From an archaeon (GTDB lineage Archaea; Nanobdellota; Nanobdellia; SCGC-AAA011-G17; GW2011-AR20), in NCBI GenBank assembly GCA_002688355.1, contig NZCT01000030.1, positions 1 through 52,310 of the forward strand: a stretch of 52,310 nt of DNA. The letters are read 5' to 3'. Below are positions 1 to 9,960 of the stretch, in pieces. A model generated the notes under the pieces. That model saw nothing but the letters and a program-made list of their open reading frames with translations, had not been told where the DNA came from and did no database searches. Position 1 is the stretch's first letter, and each line of letters opens with the position of its first letter. A program made the translations under genes and the position numbers.

Positions 1-35
1 AACTTTAAATATTTAGAATCATTTTTATTTATCAT
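1..35 (-). CDS. probable 5' end of a gene continuing beyond the window (MINKNDSKYLK...)
   Basis: ATG preceded by GAGGTGA at SD spacing and by a TATA-like motif; frame open to the window edge. Confidence 0.4.
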   Translation of the reverse strand, partial: MINKNDSKYLK

Positions 36-67
36 TGGATGTCACCTCTTTCAAGTTGACATCCAAT
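34..67. promoter_or_regulatory. 11-bp perfect inverted repeat (ATTGGATGTCA-N12-TGACATCCAAT) overlapping the SD and ATG of a minus-strand gene that runs off the window
   Basis: Arms at 34-44 and 57-67. Minus strand has GAGGTGA (48..42) and ATG (35..33); a TATA-like aaacctttaaata lies at about 89..77. Confidence 0.6.
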
Positions 68-168
68 TCTTTTAATTATTTAAAGGTTTCAGCAGAGCCT
101 GTGATTGAGTTATACTATCATTCTATGAATAAGAAGATTTAAAAGTAAAAATACATCTTAAATTAAAT

Positions 169-293
169 GCCGAGATCGCATAATCTGGTATTGCGCAGAC
201 AAAATTTGAAAAAATTATGACGCAAGATTGCTAAGATTATCGCAAAGATCCTGTTTCCTTACGGATATCTGGGTTCAAATCCCAGTCTCGGCG
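169..293 (+). tRNA. tRNA-Ser(GCU) with two introns (199-225 at 29/30; 234-247 at 37/38)
   Basis: Acceptor GCCGAGA/TCTCGGC, T arm CTGGG-TTCAAAT-CCCAG, long variable arm. Removing both inserts gives stem CAGGA/TCCTG and loop TT-GCT-AA; both inserts fold as bulge-helix-bulge. Confidence 0.9.
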
Positions 294-355
294 TTTAAGT
301 AATTCATATACTATTATACAATAAAAATTATAAATACAAAAGAAAGGAAAACCTC

Positions 356-715
356 ATGTCAAATGAAATAGATATAATAAAATTGGAAAGTATAATAAAA
401 GAAGCACCAGTTTTTGAAAGAGGTTCTATTATTCCAATACAAGTAGATAATGTTAAAATTCTGGAAAGAACAGAATTAATTGAATCATATGAAAAAGAAG
501 GCATTAACTACAGACAAAATTTAAGAGAAAGCCAAAATATTATTTTTAGTGAAGACACTGCATTACCAATATTTAAAGGAGACAAAATAAGAGCCTATGT
601 TGAAGAACTAGGATTAGCTAATGTACAAGATAGAACAGCTTATAGAATTGAATTGTTAGACGATAATGGAAATGCAAAAGCTATTTACAAAAAAGCTAGA
701 ATAATGACATATTAA
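356..715 (+). CDS. hypothetical protein (beta-rich, possibly OB-like)
   Basis: 119-aa ORF with host-like codon use; no recognised motif. Confidence 0.6.
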   Translation: MSNEIDIIKLESIIKEAPVFERGSIIPIQVDNVKILERTELIESYEKEGINYRQNLRESQNIIFSEDTALPIFKGDKIRAYVEELGLANVQDRTAYRIELLDDNGNAKAIYKKARIMTY

Positions 716-776
716 CCTTCTAAAGAAAAGCCTAAATTAATAATTTAAAAGATACAACACATCAATAGAATCACTT

Positions 777-787
777 TCGGCGTTTAA
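777..787 (+). repeat. 11-bp copy (TCGGCGTTTAA) of the tRNA-Ser 3' end (288-298)
   Basis: Exact match to 288-298, flanking ORF 356..715; GC-rich core is rare in this background. Confidence 0.45.
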
Positions 788-812
788 ATAAAATAAATTA
801 GTAACTACTAAA

Positions 813-826
813 GAAAGGTTTATAAA
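813..826 (+). promoter_or_regulatory. BRE/TATA promoter of the nop5 operon
   Basis: GAAAGGTTTATAAA; the same motif class recurs upstream of many genes in the window. Confidence 0.65.
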
Positions 827-868
827 CAGTATTTTCAATATAATTTCTAAGCTACACCAATATGTAAA

Positions 869-1543
869 ATGGATTCAAATATACAATATTTAAGAGAGTT
901 AAATCTTAAAGAAACAAAACAGAAAATTAAAGAATCTTTAACAGATGATTTAATCTTAATTCAAGCTGTTCATTCTTATAACGAATTAATAAAAGCAGAA
1001 TCTAGATTATTAAACGTGTTAAAGGACTGGTATGGATACTATTTTCCTGAAATAACCGAAAAAGAAGATTTTACAGAATTAATTTCTCAAGATAAAAATG
1101 AACTAATAAATAAATTTAAAATAAAAGATTCAATGGGTTCTTCTTTAAGCAATGAAGATCTAAAACCAATTTTAACATTAGGAAAAATAATCTCAGATAT
1201 TAAAACATTAAAAAATAATAACGAAATATACATAGAAAATAAAATAAAAATACTAGCTCCAAAATTAAGTGAAGTAGCAACACCAATCATAGGAGCATTA
1301 TTAATTGAAAAAGCAGGTTCATTAAAACACCTAGCAGAATTACCTTCAAGCACAGTGCAAATCCTAGGGGCAGAAAAATCATTATTTAGACATTTAAGAA
1401 CAAAAACAAAATCTCCAAAATATGGAGTAATATTTTCTCACCCATTATTAACAAAAGCTAATTACAAAGATAAAGGAAAAACAGCAAGACAAATAGCTGC
1501 GAAAATCTCAATAGCAGTTAAACAAGATTATTTTAGAAAATGA
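869..1543 (+). CDS. nop5: Nop5 (Nop56/58) box C/D sRNP protein, short form
   Basis: Motifs WYGYYFPE, LAELPSSTVQILGAEKSLFRHL, PKYGVIFSHP; next to fibrillarin. Confidence 0.93.
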   Translation: MDSNIQYLRELNLKETKQKIKESLTDDLILIQAVHSYNELIKAESRLLNVLKDWYGYYFPEITEKEDFTELISQDKNELINKFKIKDSMGSSLSNEDLKPILTLGKIISDIKTLKNNNEIYIENKIKILAPKLSEVATPIIGALLIEKAGSLKHLAELPSSTVQILGAEKSLFRHLRTKTKSPKYGVIFSHPLLTKANYKDKGKTARQIAAKISIAVKQDYFRK

Positions 1544-1713
1544 ACCCAAAATACGCAAAAATATGTCCAAAATGTCAGTCTCTAGATATTAGAACACATA
1601 ACAAATTGACAACAGGATTTATTCCTTCAACATATATTTGCAATAATTGTAAATATGAAGGACAAATATTTCCAGAAATAAACTTAAAGGATAAAGAAAA
1701 TGTTAAAGAGTAA
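1540..1713 (+). CDS. 57-aa zinc-ribbon protein (CPKC...CNNC), not in the ORF track
   Basis: MNPKYAKICPKCQSLDIRTHNKLTTGFIPSTYICNNCKYEGQIFPEINLKDKENVKE; ATGA overlap with nop5 stop and 14-nt overlap with fibrillarin. Confidence 0.8.
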   Translation: MNPKYAKICPKCQSLDIRTHNKLTTGFIPSTYICNNCKYEGQIFPEINLKDKENVKE

Positions 1714-2371
1714 CTACAACGGAATTTATTTCCAGTGGCAAGGTAAAAAGAAATTAGTTTTAACTAAAAACTTAACTCCTAAAATAAAATTCTTTAAAGA
1801 AGATTTAATCCTAGAAGATAATACAGAATATAGAATCTTCGAACCAGGAAGAAGTAAATATTCAGCAGCAATATTACAAAAAATATCTAAACTACCAATT
1901 AAAGAAAATGACTCTATTCTTTATTTAGGTGCTTCTCACGGTTACACTTGCTCTTACTTATCTGATATTATTGGAAATAAAGGATATATATTTGCAGTAG
2001 ATTTATCTCCAAGAGTTGTAAGAGATTTAGTAAAAGTATCTTCAGTAAGAGAAAACATAATTCCGCTGTTATTTGATGCTAACAAACCTTTCCTGTATAA
2101 AGAAAAAATAACTAAAGTTGATATTCTATACCAAGATATTGCTCAAAGAAATCAAGTTGATATTTTCTTAAAAAACGTAGATCTATTCTTAAAAAATAAT
2201 GGTTATTGTATATTATGTATAAAATCAAGATCTATTGATGTTACTAAAAATCCTGGAGAAATTTACTCTTACGTAAGAAAACAATTAGCTAAAAAACTAA
2301 AAATATTAGATTCAAAAACCTTAGATCCTTTTCAAAAAGATCATTGTTTCTTTGTTTGTCAGAAGAAATAA
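1700..2371 (+). CDS. flpA: fibrillarin-like rRNA/tRNA 2'-O-methyltransferase
   Basis: EYRIFEPGRSKYSAAI, LYLGASHGYT, YQDIAQRNQV, IKSRSID, LDPFQKDH. Confidence 0.96.
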   Translation: MLKSNYNGIYFQWQGKKKLVLTKNLTPKIKFFKEDLILEDNTEYRIFEPGRSKYSAAILQKISKLPIKENDSILYLGASHGYTCSYLSDIIGNKGYIFAVDLSPRVVRDLVKVSSVRENIIPLLFDANKPFLYKEKITKVDILYQDIAQRNQVDIFLKNVDLFLKNNGYCILCIKSRSIDVTKNPGEIYSYVRKQLAKKLKILDSKTLDPFQKDHCFFVCQKK

Positions 2372-2372
2372 A

Positions 2373-2819
2373 TTATCTTAACTTCATGTAAAACTCTATA
2401 TCTCCAAAAATTATAGGTCCTTCATCAAATCCTAATTTCCGAAGAAGATTTTGAGAAAACTCATCATCTGGGGAAATTTCTCCAATCAATTCATCTAACC
2501 CTATTTTTTCTGCATCTTCGATAAATCTTTCAACAAGAGCTTTTTCAATATCTTGGTTTCTATAGTTTTTATCCACAAAATACATGAAATCTTCACCATC
2601 TTTTGGAAGAACTCCAAATCCAAGTACATTAGAGTTGTTAACAGCTAAATACCAATTACTAATATTTAAATCATTTTCATCAGGAGTAATTTTACCAGGT
2701 AATCCATAAATTCCCTCTTCATCTAATTCTCTTCGTAATTGAATAAATCCAGAATCGTATTTATGATCATAAGGAATAATTTCTACCATTTTAATTTTTA
2801 ACTTCAAAGTAACTACCAT
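2373..2819 (-). CDS. GNAT family N-acetyltransferase (start may be 2789)
   Basis: Motif-A-like FVDKNYRNQDIEKALV and motif-B-like FSQNLLRKLGF. Confidence 0.75.
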   Translation of the reverse strand: MVVTLKLKIKMVEIIPYDHKYDSGFIQLRRELDEEGIYGLPGKITPDENDLNISNWYLAVNNSNVLGFGVLPKDGEDFMYFVDKNYRNQDIEKALVERFIEDAEKIGLDELIGEISPDDEFSQNLLRKLGFDEGPIIFGDIEFYMKLR

Positions 2820-2899
2820 AGAAAAACTTATAAATAGTTATTTAACCTTTACTAAAATAATAATTACTGTTTATCTTAATAAATAAATGCAAAAACAAA

Positions 2900-4534
2900 A
2901 TGACACAACCAGTACAACCAATATTTATCTTACCTGAAAACGCACAAAGAACAACAGGTAAAGACGCACAAAGAAATAATATAATGGCTGCTAAAGCAGT
3001 AGCTGAAACAGTCAGAACTACCTTAGGTCCGAAGGGAATGGATAAAATGTTAGTAGATTCTCTAGGCGACGTAGTTGTAACTAATGATGGTGTAACAATT
3101 CTAAATGAAATGCAAATAGAACATCCTGCAGCTAAAATGATAGTTGAAGTTGCAAAAACTCAAGAAAATGAAGTTGGAGACGGTACTACAACAGCTGTAG
3201 TTTTAGCAGGAGAATTATTAAAAAACGCAGAAAAATTACTAGATGATAATATACACCCTACAATAATCTCAAAAGGTTATAAATTAGCTTCAGATAAAGC
3301 TCATGAAATTTTAAATTCTATCTCAGAAGACCTTTCAAAAGATGATAAAGAAACTTTAAAGAAAATAGCAATAACAGCAATGACGGGAAAAGGTGCTGAT
3401 TCTGCAAAAGATGTGCTAGGTTCCTTAATCGTAAACGCAGTTTCTCAAGTTATTGAAAATGATGCTGTTGATACTGATGATATAAAAATTGAAAAGAAAG
3501 TAGGCGGAGGAATAGAAGATACAGAATTAATTCAAGGTATTGTATTAGATAAAGAAAAAGTTCATTCTGCAATGCCAAAGTCAATTAAAGATGCTAAAAT
3601 TGCTCTTTTAGACGTAGCTATTGAAATTAAATCTCCTGAAACAGATACAAAAGTTCAAATCTCAAATCCAGAACAATTACAAGGTTTCTTAGACCAAGAA
3701 TCTACAATATTAAAAAATATGACTGAAAAAGTTATTCAAAGTAACGCTAATGTTGTAATATGTCAAAAAGGTATTGACGATATTGCTCAACATTATTTAT
3801 CTAAAGCAGGAATTTACGCAGTTCGTAGAGTTAAAAAATCTGATATGGATAAATTAGCTCGTGCAACTAATGGAAAAGTTCTAAGTAATATTGATGATTT
3901 AACTGAAGAAGATCTAGGTTACGCAGGTGTAGTAGAAGAAATAAAAGTTGGAGATGAGTCATTTACTTATGTTAAAGATTGTAAAAATCCTAAATCTGTA
4001 ACTTTACTTGTTAGAGGTGGAACAGAACATGTTGTAGCAGAGATTGAACGTGCTATTAACGATTCAATTGGAGATATTACCTCAGCATTAATAGACTCTA
4101 AAGTCGTGGCTGGTGCAGGTTCGGTAGAAATTGAAGTTTCTAAACAATTAAAAGAATATGCAAGTACTTTATCTGGAAAAGAACAATTAGCAGTTAACGC
4201 TTTTTCAGAAGCTCTTGAAATTATACCAAGAACTTTAGCAGAAAACTCTGGCCTAGATCCTGTAGATGTATTAACAGATTTAAAATCAAGTCACAACTCA
4301 GAGAATGGAAAATGGCAAGGAATAAATGTATTTTCCGGTAAAGTTGTAAACGCTTGGGACGCAGGTGTAGTAGAACCATTAAAAATTAAAACTCAAGCAA
4401 TAAAATCAGCATCAGAGGTTTCAGAATTAATTTTAAGAATTGATGATATTATAGCAAGTTCATCTTCAGATGCAGCAGGACCAATGCCCCCTCAAGGAAT
4501 GCCACAAGGTATGCCTGGAATGGGTGACTATTAA
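2900..4534 (+). CDS. ths: thermosome (group II chaperonin) subunit
   Basis: [24 protein letters not shown]-rich tail. Confidence 0.98.
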   Translation: MTQPVQPIFILPENAQRTTGKDAQRNNIMAAKAVAETVRTTLGPKGMDKMLVDSLGDVVVTNDGVTILNEMQIEHPAAKMIVEVAKTQENEVGDGTTTAVVLAGELLKNAEKLLDDNIHPTIISKGYKLASDKAHEILNSISEDLSKDDKETLKKIAITAMTGKGADSAKDVLGSLIVNAVSQVIENDAVDTDDIKIEKKVGGGIEDTELIQGIVLDKEKVHSAMPKSIKDAKIALLDVAIEIKSPETDTKVQISNPEQLQGFLDQESTILKNMTEKVIQSNANVVICQKGIDDIAQHYLSKAGIYAVRRVKKSDMDKLARATNGKVLSNIDDLTEEDLGYAGVVEEIKVGDESFTYVKDCKNPKSVTLLVRGGTEHVVAEIERAINDSIGDITSALIDSKVVAGAGSVEIEVSKQLKEYASTLSGKEQLAVNAFSEALEIIPRTLAENSGLDPVDVLTDLKSSHNSENGKWQGINVFSGKVVNAWDAGVVEPLKIKTQAIKSASEVSELILRIDDIIASSSSDAAGPMPPQGMPQGMPGMGDY

Positions 4535-4571
4535 TAAATAAAATTAAATATTATTTTATATTTCTTAGTTT

Positions 4572-5186
4572 ATGAATAATTCAAGTCTATTAAAAGAATA
4601 TCAAGAAAGAAAACACATTATACAATCTAGGTTAAAAGATTTTAGCTCTATTAAAGAAGAAGAATATTTTTATGAATTATGTTTTTGTTTATTAACACCA
4701 CAAACAAGTGCAAAACTAGCAGATGAAACAATTCAAAAATTAAAGAAAAACAACTTTCAAAACAAAGATTTTAATCCAGTAAAATATCTAAATAAAATCA
4801 GGTTTCTAAATAACAAATCAAAATACTTACTAGAACTAAAAAGGAATTACAAAATGATCTACAAAAATATTCTAAACCTAAAAGATAACCCAATAGAACT
4901 AAGAGAATATCTAATTAAAAATATAAAAGGAATAAACTACAAAGAATCTGCTCACTTTATTAGAAATATTGGTTTATCAAATAATAAAATAACAATCTTA
5001 GATAGACATATTCTAAAAAATTTAAACTCTTTAAATATAATAAAAGAAATACCAAAAACATTATCAAAAAATAAATATTTAAAAATAGAATCTAAATTCT
5101 TAAGCTTCTCAAAGCAAATTAATATTACTGTAGATGAATTAGATTTATTATTTTGGTCTCAAGAAACAGGTGAAGTTTTCAAATAA
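4572..5186 (+). CDS. ogg: N-glycosylase/DNA lyase (8-oxoguanine DNA glycosylase, archaeal Ogg type)
   Basis: ELCFCLLTPQ, IKGINYKESAHFIRNIG, ILDRHIL, ELDLLFW. Confidence 0.9.
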   Translation: MNNSSLLKEYQERKHIIQSRLKDFSSIKEEEYFYELCFCLLTPQTSAKLADETIQKLKKNNFQNKDFNPVKYLNKIRFLNNKSKYLLELKRNYKMIYKNILNLKDNPIELREYLIKNIKGINYKESAHFIRNIGLSNNKITILDRHILKNLNSLNIIKEIPKTLSKNKYLKIESKFLSFSKQINITVDELDLLFWSQETGEVFK

Positions 5187-5789
5187 CTAATTATTCCCAT
5201 TATTAATATCTTCTCCAATCTCTTCTTTAGTCATCAATGATATGATACTATATGGAATTCTTACTAAAAATTCTAGTAATATAACTAAAGTAAAGTAACT
5301 AAGTATAGTTTCAAAAAATAAGGGAACCTCAGAAAATTTATCAATTATATTAAATGAAAAGAAAGAAGAATCAAGTAAAAATATACCTAACATTGAAAAA
5401 GGAATTATCTTAGCTAAATCTTTTGCTAAATCCTCATTAAAGTATGAACATATTCTTACAGATGCTACAACAGCAAAAGACATTATTAATATTTGATTTA
5501 ATGATTGATTCTCAGATAATAATAACATAAACAAAGCTAATACTGAAAACCAAATAAAAGATAACAAAGGAAAAAACACAATATACTCAAAACCATATAA
5601 AACAATTGAAATAACTTTCTTTAATCCTGGATGATTTGCAGTATTATATTGATGTAAATCCAATCCAACTAAATCTCTTTTAGATAAAGTTCTATAAAAC
5701 AAATAAATAAATGCGCTAAATAAAACTATACCTCCAATATACATTAAAAGTGGCAAAGTTTCAGAAAGATCAATATTAAAAATAGCCAC
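5187..5789 (-). CDS. conserved-looking multi-pass membrane protein
   Basis: About 5 hydrophobic segments. Confidence 0.7.
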   Translation of the reverse strand: MAIFNIDLSETLPLLMYIGGIVLFSAFIYLFYRTLSKRDLVGLDLHQYNTANHPGLKKVISIVLYGFEYIVFFPLLSFIWFSVLALFMLLLSENQSLNQILIMSFAVVASVRICSYFNEDLAKDLAKIIPFSMLGIFLLDSSFFSFNIIDKFSEVPLFFETILSYFTLVILLEFLVRIPYSIISLMTKEEIGEDINNGNN

Positions 5790-5862
5790 TATCTAAACAC
5801 CTCAATTTTCATAATATTAAATTACATACAACCTTTAAATAATTTTCCAAAGCAATAATTCA

Positions 5863-6828
5863 ATGCTACCAAAAGTATCCTTCATAATTCCAATTTATAA
5901 TGGAGAAAAAAGATTACCTTCTTGCTTAGATTCTATTAAAAAACAAAACTATCCTAAAAATCTTATAGAAGTCCTAATAGCAGATGGGGGTTCAACAGAT
6001 AAAACAATAAAAGTAGCAAAAAAATATGGAGCCATAATTATAAATAATAAATTTAAAGTAGAAGAAAAGGGAAGACCATTAGCAATTAAAAAATCAAGAG
6101 GAGAAATTCTATGTTTTATTGATGATGATAACATTTTACCAAATAAGAACTGGTTAAGAAATATGGTTCTTCCTTTTAAGGAAAAAGATATTGTAGCAAC
6201 AGAAACATTATATTATTCATTTAATTCAGAAGACGATAAAATAACTAAATACAATGCTTTAATTGGAGGAGATGATCCAATTGCCTCTTATCTAGGTATT
6301 AATGATAGATTATGTTACTTTAATAACAAATGGACAGGACAACCATATAAAAAATTAGAAAGAAAAAATTACACTAAAATTCTATTAACCAAAGAAAAAT
6401 TTCCAGCAATGGGTTCTAATGGATTCTTAATTAGAAAAAGTATTCTACAAAAAGTTAAACATAATCCATTTATACATCCTTTACTTATTTATGAATTAAT
6501 TAAGAATAAATATAATAAATTTGCTAAAGTAAATGAAGGTATTTTACATAAACAAGATGGTTCTTTTAAAACATTTTACAGAAAAAAAATTAGAAGAATA
6601 GAAAGAAGATACTCAGGAGAGATAAATTGGGGGAATAATTATGGAATTTCTAGCTCTAAATTAGTATTAACAACACTATACTGTGGAACCTTTATTTTAC
6701 CTTTATTTGACGCAATTAAAGGATTTATAAGAAAACCTTCATTAGTTTGGTTATTTCATCCAATTGCTACTGCATCTCTTATTTTTATTTATATTTTCTA
6801 CGATATTAAAAATAGAATAATTCAATAA
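5863..6828 (+). CDS. glycosyltransferase family 2 with C-terminal TM helices
   Basis: VSFIIPIYN, ADGGSTD, FIDDDN. Confidence 0.9.
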   Translation: MLPKVSFIIPIYNGEKRLPSCLDSIKKQNYPKNLIEVLIADGGSTDKTIKVAKKYGAIIINNKFKVEEKGRPLAIKKSRGEILCFIDDDNILPNKNWLRNMVLPFKEKDIVATETLYYSFNSEDDKITKYNALIGGDDPIASYLGINDRLCYFNNKWTGQPYKKLERKNYTKILLTKEKFPAMGSNGFLIRKSILQKVKHNPFIHPLLIYELIKNKYNKFAKVNEGILHKQDGSFKTFYRKKIRRIERRYSGEINWGNNYGISSSKLVLTTLYCGTFILPLFDAIKGFIRKPSLVWLFHPIATASLIFIYIFYDIKNRIIQ

Positions 6829-6858
6829 TTTTAAAAACAAACTAATCTTCTAAACAAT

Positions 6859-7365
6859 ATGGATATCTTTGCCCATGGATTTTGGTCTTATGCAATATTT
6901 CATAGAAGATCTTATGCATTAAAAGCAGTCTTAGCAGGAATTCTTCCAGATATTGTTTCTTTTGGTCCACATTTTTTATTATCAATATTTGCAGGAACCT
7001 TTACTAGGGGAAAACCTGGAATAGAAACAATTTCAGATTCAACATTTATGTTATACAACTTTACACATAGTTTTATTATTTTCATATTTGTTGCATTACT
7101 AATTTTTATAATAACAAAAAAAGTTTATTTATGGTTATTAGCTTGGCCCCTTCATACTTTTGTAGATATATTTACCCATTCAACTGATTTTTTCCCAACA
7201 CCATTTCTATTTCCTTTATCTAGTTACAAATTTGATGGTCATGCATGGGGAAATAAATATTTCATGATTGCAAATTATTCTGTATTAATAATAGTTTATC
7301 TACTAATATTCTACTACAGCCGGAAAAGAAAAATTGGAACAAAAAAACATAGTAAAAACAATTAA
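6859..7365 (+). CDS. membrane-bound metal-dependent hydrolase (YdjM-like)
   Basis: H near the N-terminus, GILPD, FTHS, LHTFVDIFTH; hydrophobic. Confidence 0.75.
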   Translation: MDIFAHGFWSYAIFHRRSYALKAVLAGILPDIVSFGPHFLLSIFAGTFTRGKPGIETISDSTFMLYNFTHSFIIFIFVALLIFIITKKVYLWLLAWPLHTFVDIFTHSTDFFPTPFLFPLSSYKFDGHAWGNKYFMIANYSVLIIVYLLIFYYSRKRKIGTKKHSKNN

Positions 7366-7993
7366 CTTAATTAAAGAAGAAGTAAAAAAATACAATAATA
7401 GTCTAATGACTAATGTTTCCAATTCTTCAAAAGACCCATTTAAAGTTCTAATTTCTTGCATATTAAGTTTAAGAACAAGAGATGAAACAACAGATGTTAT
7501 AACGGAAAAATTATTTAATAAAATAAAAACACCTAAACAATTAGCAAATCTAAACATCAAAAAATTACAAGAAATAATAAAACCTGTAAATTACTATAAA
7601 ACTAAAGCTAAAACAATTAAAGGAATCTCCCAATTATTATATACAAAATATAACTCTAAAGTTCCAAATAATAGGGAAGAACTACAAAAACTAAAAGGCA
7701 TAGGACCAAAAACAAGTGCTATTGTTTTAACATATGGATTCTCAAGTAAAATGGAAATTCCTACCGACGTGCATGTGCATCGACTTCCCAATAGACTTGG
7801 GTGGATAACAACTAAAACTCCAGAAGAAACAGAATCTAAATTAAAAAAAATAATACCAAATGAATATTGGCAAGATATTAACGATAGTTTCGTAACTTTT
7901 GGTAAAAATATTTGCACTCCAATAAGCCCTTTTTGTTCTACTTGTGTTATAAAGAATTACTGTAAACAAGTTAATATTAGATCCAAAAGATAA
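7334..7993 (+). CDS. nth: endonuclease III (HhH-GPD, 4Fe-4S)
   Basis: LISCILSLRTRDE, LKGIGPKT, DVHVHR, CTPISPFCSTCVIKNYC. Confidence 0.93.
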   Translation: MEQKNIVKTINLIKEEVKKYNNSLMTNVSNSSKDPFKVLISCILSLRTRDETTDVITEKLFNKIKTPKQLANLNIKKLQEIIKPVNYYKTKAKTIKGISQLLYTKYNSKVPNNREELQKLKGIGPKTSAIVLTYGFSSKMEIPTDVHVHRLPNRLGWITTKTPEETESKLKKIIPNEYWQDINDSFVTFGKNICTPISPFCSTCVIKNYCKQVNIRSKR

Positions 7994-8623
7994 TCATAAA
8001 TATCTCTCAATATCAACCACAGATTTAACTATATGGTTTGGTTTTTCATGTCTTAAAGTTTTCCTACTATAATTTCCAGTCAAGACAGCAATAGTTTTAA
8101 CTCTAGCTTTTCTTCCAGCTCTAATATCATATACAGAATCTCCAACCATATACTTAACATCTAAATGAGATAACTTCTCAGCCTTTATAATTTCATCTGG
8201 ATATGGCTTAGAATGTCTAACATCATCATATCCGACTACAACATCAAACAAATTTTTATCAATACCAGCAGCTTTTAACAACAATAAAATATTCCTATGG
8301 CTTGAATTACTAACAACAGCTAATTCGTATTTTTTCTTTAATCTTTTCAACAGACCTACAATACCCTGAACTTTTGTAGTATATTTTGAAGTTTTACTTA
8401 AATAAAAATCATGCAATTCAAGAGCTTGTTTTATTTTCCTCTTATCCTTTGTTCCAAGCAAAATGTGGGAAACTTCACTTTTAGGTCTACCAAATAATGA
8501 CTTAATTAATCTTACGGGAATTTTATCATAACCCATCTTATATAGTGCGCCATTAAAAGCTTCAGCATGGGCTCTATCAGAATGTATTAACGTATTATCC
8601 ATATCGAAACAAATTAATTTCAT
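7994..8623 (-). CDS. HAD-superfamily phosphatase (phosphoglycolate phosphatase-like)
   Basis: FDMDNTL, VSNS, KPYPD, VGDSVYD. Confidence 0.92.
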   Translation of the reverse strand: MKLICFDMDNTLIHSDRAHAEAFNGALYKMGYDKIPVRLIKSLFGRPKSEVSHILLGTKDKRKIKQALELHDFYLSKTSKYTTKVQGIVGLLKRLKKKYELAVVSNSSHRNILLLLKAAGIDKNLFDVVVGYDDVRHSKPYPDEIIKAEKLSHLDVKYMVGDSVYDIRAGRKARVKTIAVLTGNYSRKTLRHEKPNHIVKSVVDIERYL

Positions 8624-8973
8624 CTTTTCCTATCCAATTTCTTAATAAAACTAATGGCCCAAGTAAACGTCAATAAAGCAATTATCATATACAAAATGGC
8701 GGCAGTTCTTCCAACTCTATTGGCTATTCTCTCTTCTTTATCCTCTAACTGAACATTATAATTTTCTCTAGCTTCTGCGTCCGGGAAAGAAACAACTGTA
8801 TGACTAGCATAAGGATAATTGTAATTAATACATATTTTTTCAGCGTATTCCTTATTTTTATAAGAATGATACAACTCATGTCCTGCAATATCCCAAAAGA
8901 AAAATCCAGGCAATATAACTATCGCACCAAGTAATGATAGTATTAAAATCTCTACAAACCTCTTTTTATTCAT
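8620..8973 (-). CDS. hypothetical two-TM membrane protein
   Basis: Hydrophobic N- and C-terminal helices; overlaps the HAD start. Confidence 0.6.
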   Translation of the reverse strand: MNKKRFVEILILSLLGAIVILPGFFFWDIAGHELYHSYKNKEYAEKICINYNYPYASHTVVSFPDAEARENYNVQLEDKEERIANRVGRTAAILYMIIALLTFTWAISFIKKLDRKR

Positions 8974-9050
8974 ATAATAGTATAAAAATCTAACATTTAT
9001 ATATTTTTACTTTGAAAATATTTTTAAAACTATTCATATATTTACTAACA

Positions 9051-9950
9051 ATGATATCTATAATCATTACAGCCTGGGAAGATCCTCAAAGTACAAGAAA
9101 ATGCATAGATCTATTTCTGCAAGAAAATATTAAAGAAAAATATGAAATTCTAGCATCATGCCCAGATTCTCCAACTAAGAATATAATTCAAACTTTCGTT
9201 AAAAAATATCCTAAAATTGTATCTTATCATAAACAACCACGAAAAATGCCTAAAAATGAATTAATGAATATCTTATCAAAAAAAGCAAAAGGAGATATAT
9301 TAATTTTTACAGATGGAAATAAGTTCATAGAAAAAAATGCTGTATTAGAAATAACAAAACCATTTCAAGATAGAAAAGTGGGCTGCGTTGGTGGTCAAGT
9401 AAAATCTTTAAACCCTAAAGATAACCGATTTGGTTTCTGGTCTCATTTATTAACAAATGCAGCACATAGAACAAGATTAAAAAATTACAAAAATAATAAA
9501 TTAATAGAATTCACAGCTAACTTACTAGCAATTAGAAATAATATTATAGGTAACATGCCTCTAGATGTAGCAGAAGATGCTATAATACCTTACATGTTTC
9601 TGAAAAAAAATTACAAACTAGTTTACACAGAAAATGCAATAGTTAAAGCAAAGTATCCAACAAATCTAGAAGATTGGAAGAAACAAAAGGTAAGAAGTAT
9701 AAAAGCGCATGAATCACTAAACAAATATTTCAAAAACGAAATAAGAATGAAAACATTTTTAAATGAGATAATAGAAGGAACATATTTGGCATTAAATTAT
9801 CCTAAAAATTTAAAAGAAATCTTATGGACTTTACTATTATTTCCAACAAGATTATATATTTGGCTTGTAGCACTTTACCAAATTAAAATTAAAAGAGATC
9901 ACTATAAAGCATCATGGTCGAGATCAAAATCAACAGTACCACTAGATTAA
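9051..9950 (+). CDS. glycosyltransferase family 2 (ATG at 9051 preferred over TTG 9012)
   Basis: ISIIITAW start, KAKGDILIFTDG, AEDAII, WKKQKVR, C-terminal TM. Confidence 0.85.
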   Translation: MISIIITAWEDPQSTRKCIDLFLQENIKEKYEILASCPDSPTKNIIQTFVKKYPKIVSYHKQPRKMPKNELMNILSKKAKGDILIFTDGNKFIEKNAVLEITKPFQDRKVGCVGGQVKSLNPKDNRFGFWSHLLTNAAHRTRLKNYKNNKLIEFTANLLAIRNNIIGNMPLDVAEDAIIPYMFLKKNYKLVYTENAIVKAKYPTNLEDWKKQKVRSIKAHESLNKYFKNEIRMKTFLNEIIEGTYLALNYPKNLKEILWTLLLFPTRLYIWLVALYQIKIKRDHYKASWSRSKSTVPLD

Positions 9951-9960
9951 GAGGTAAAAA

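Noticed and set aside
76-125. Possible fluoride riboswitch or other leader RNA
   Set aside because: Only a weak short hairpin; the conserved GAUG...CUGAUG core is not present.
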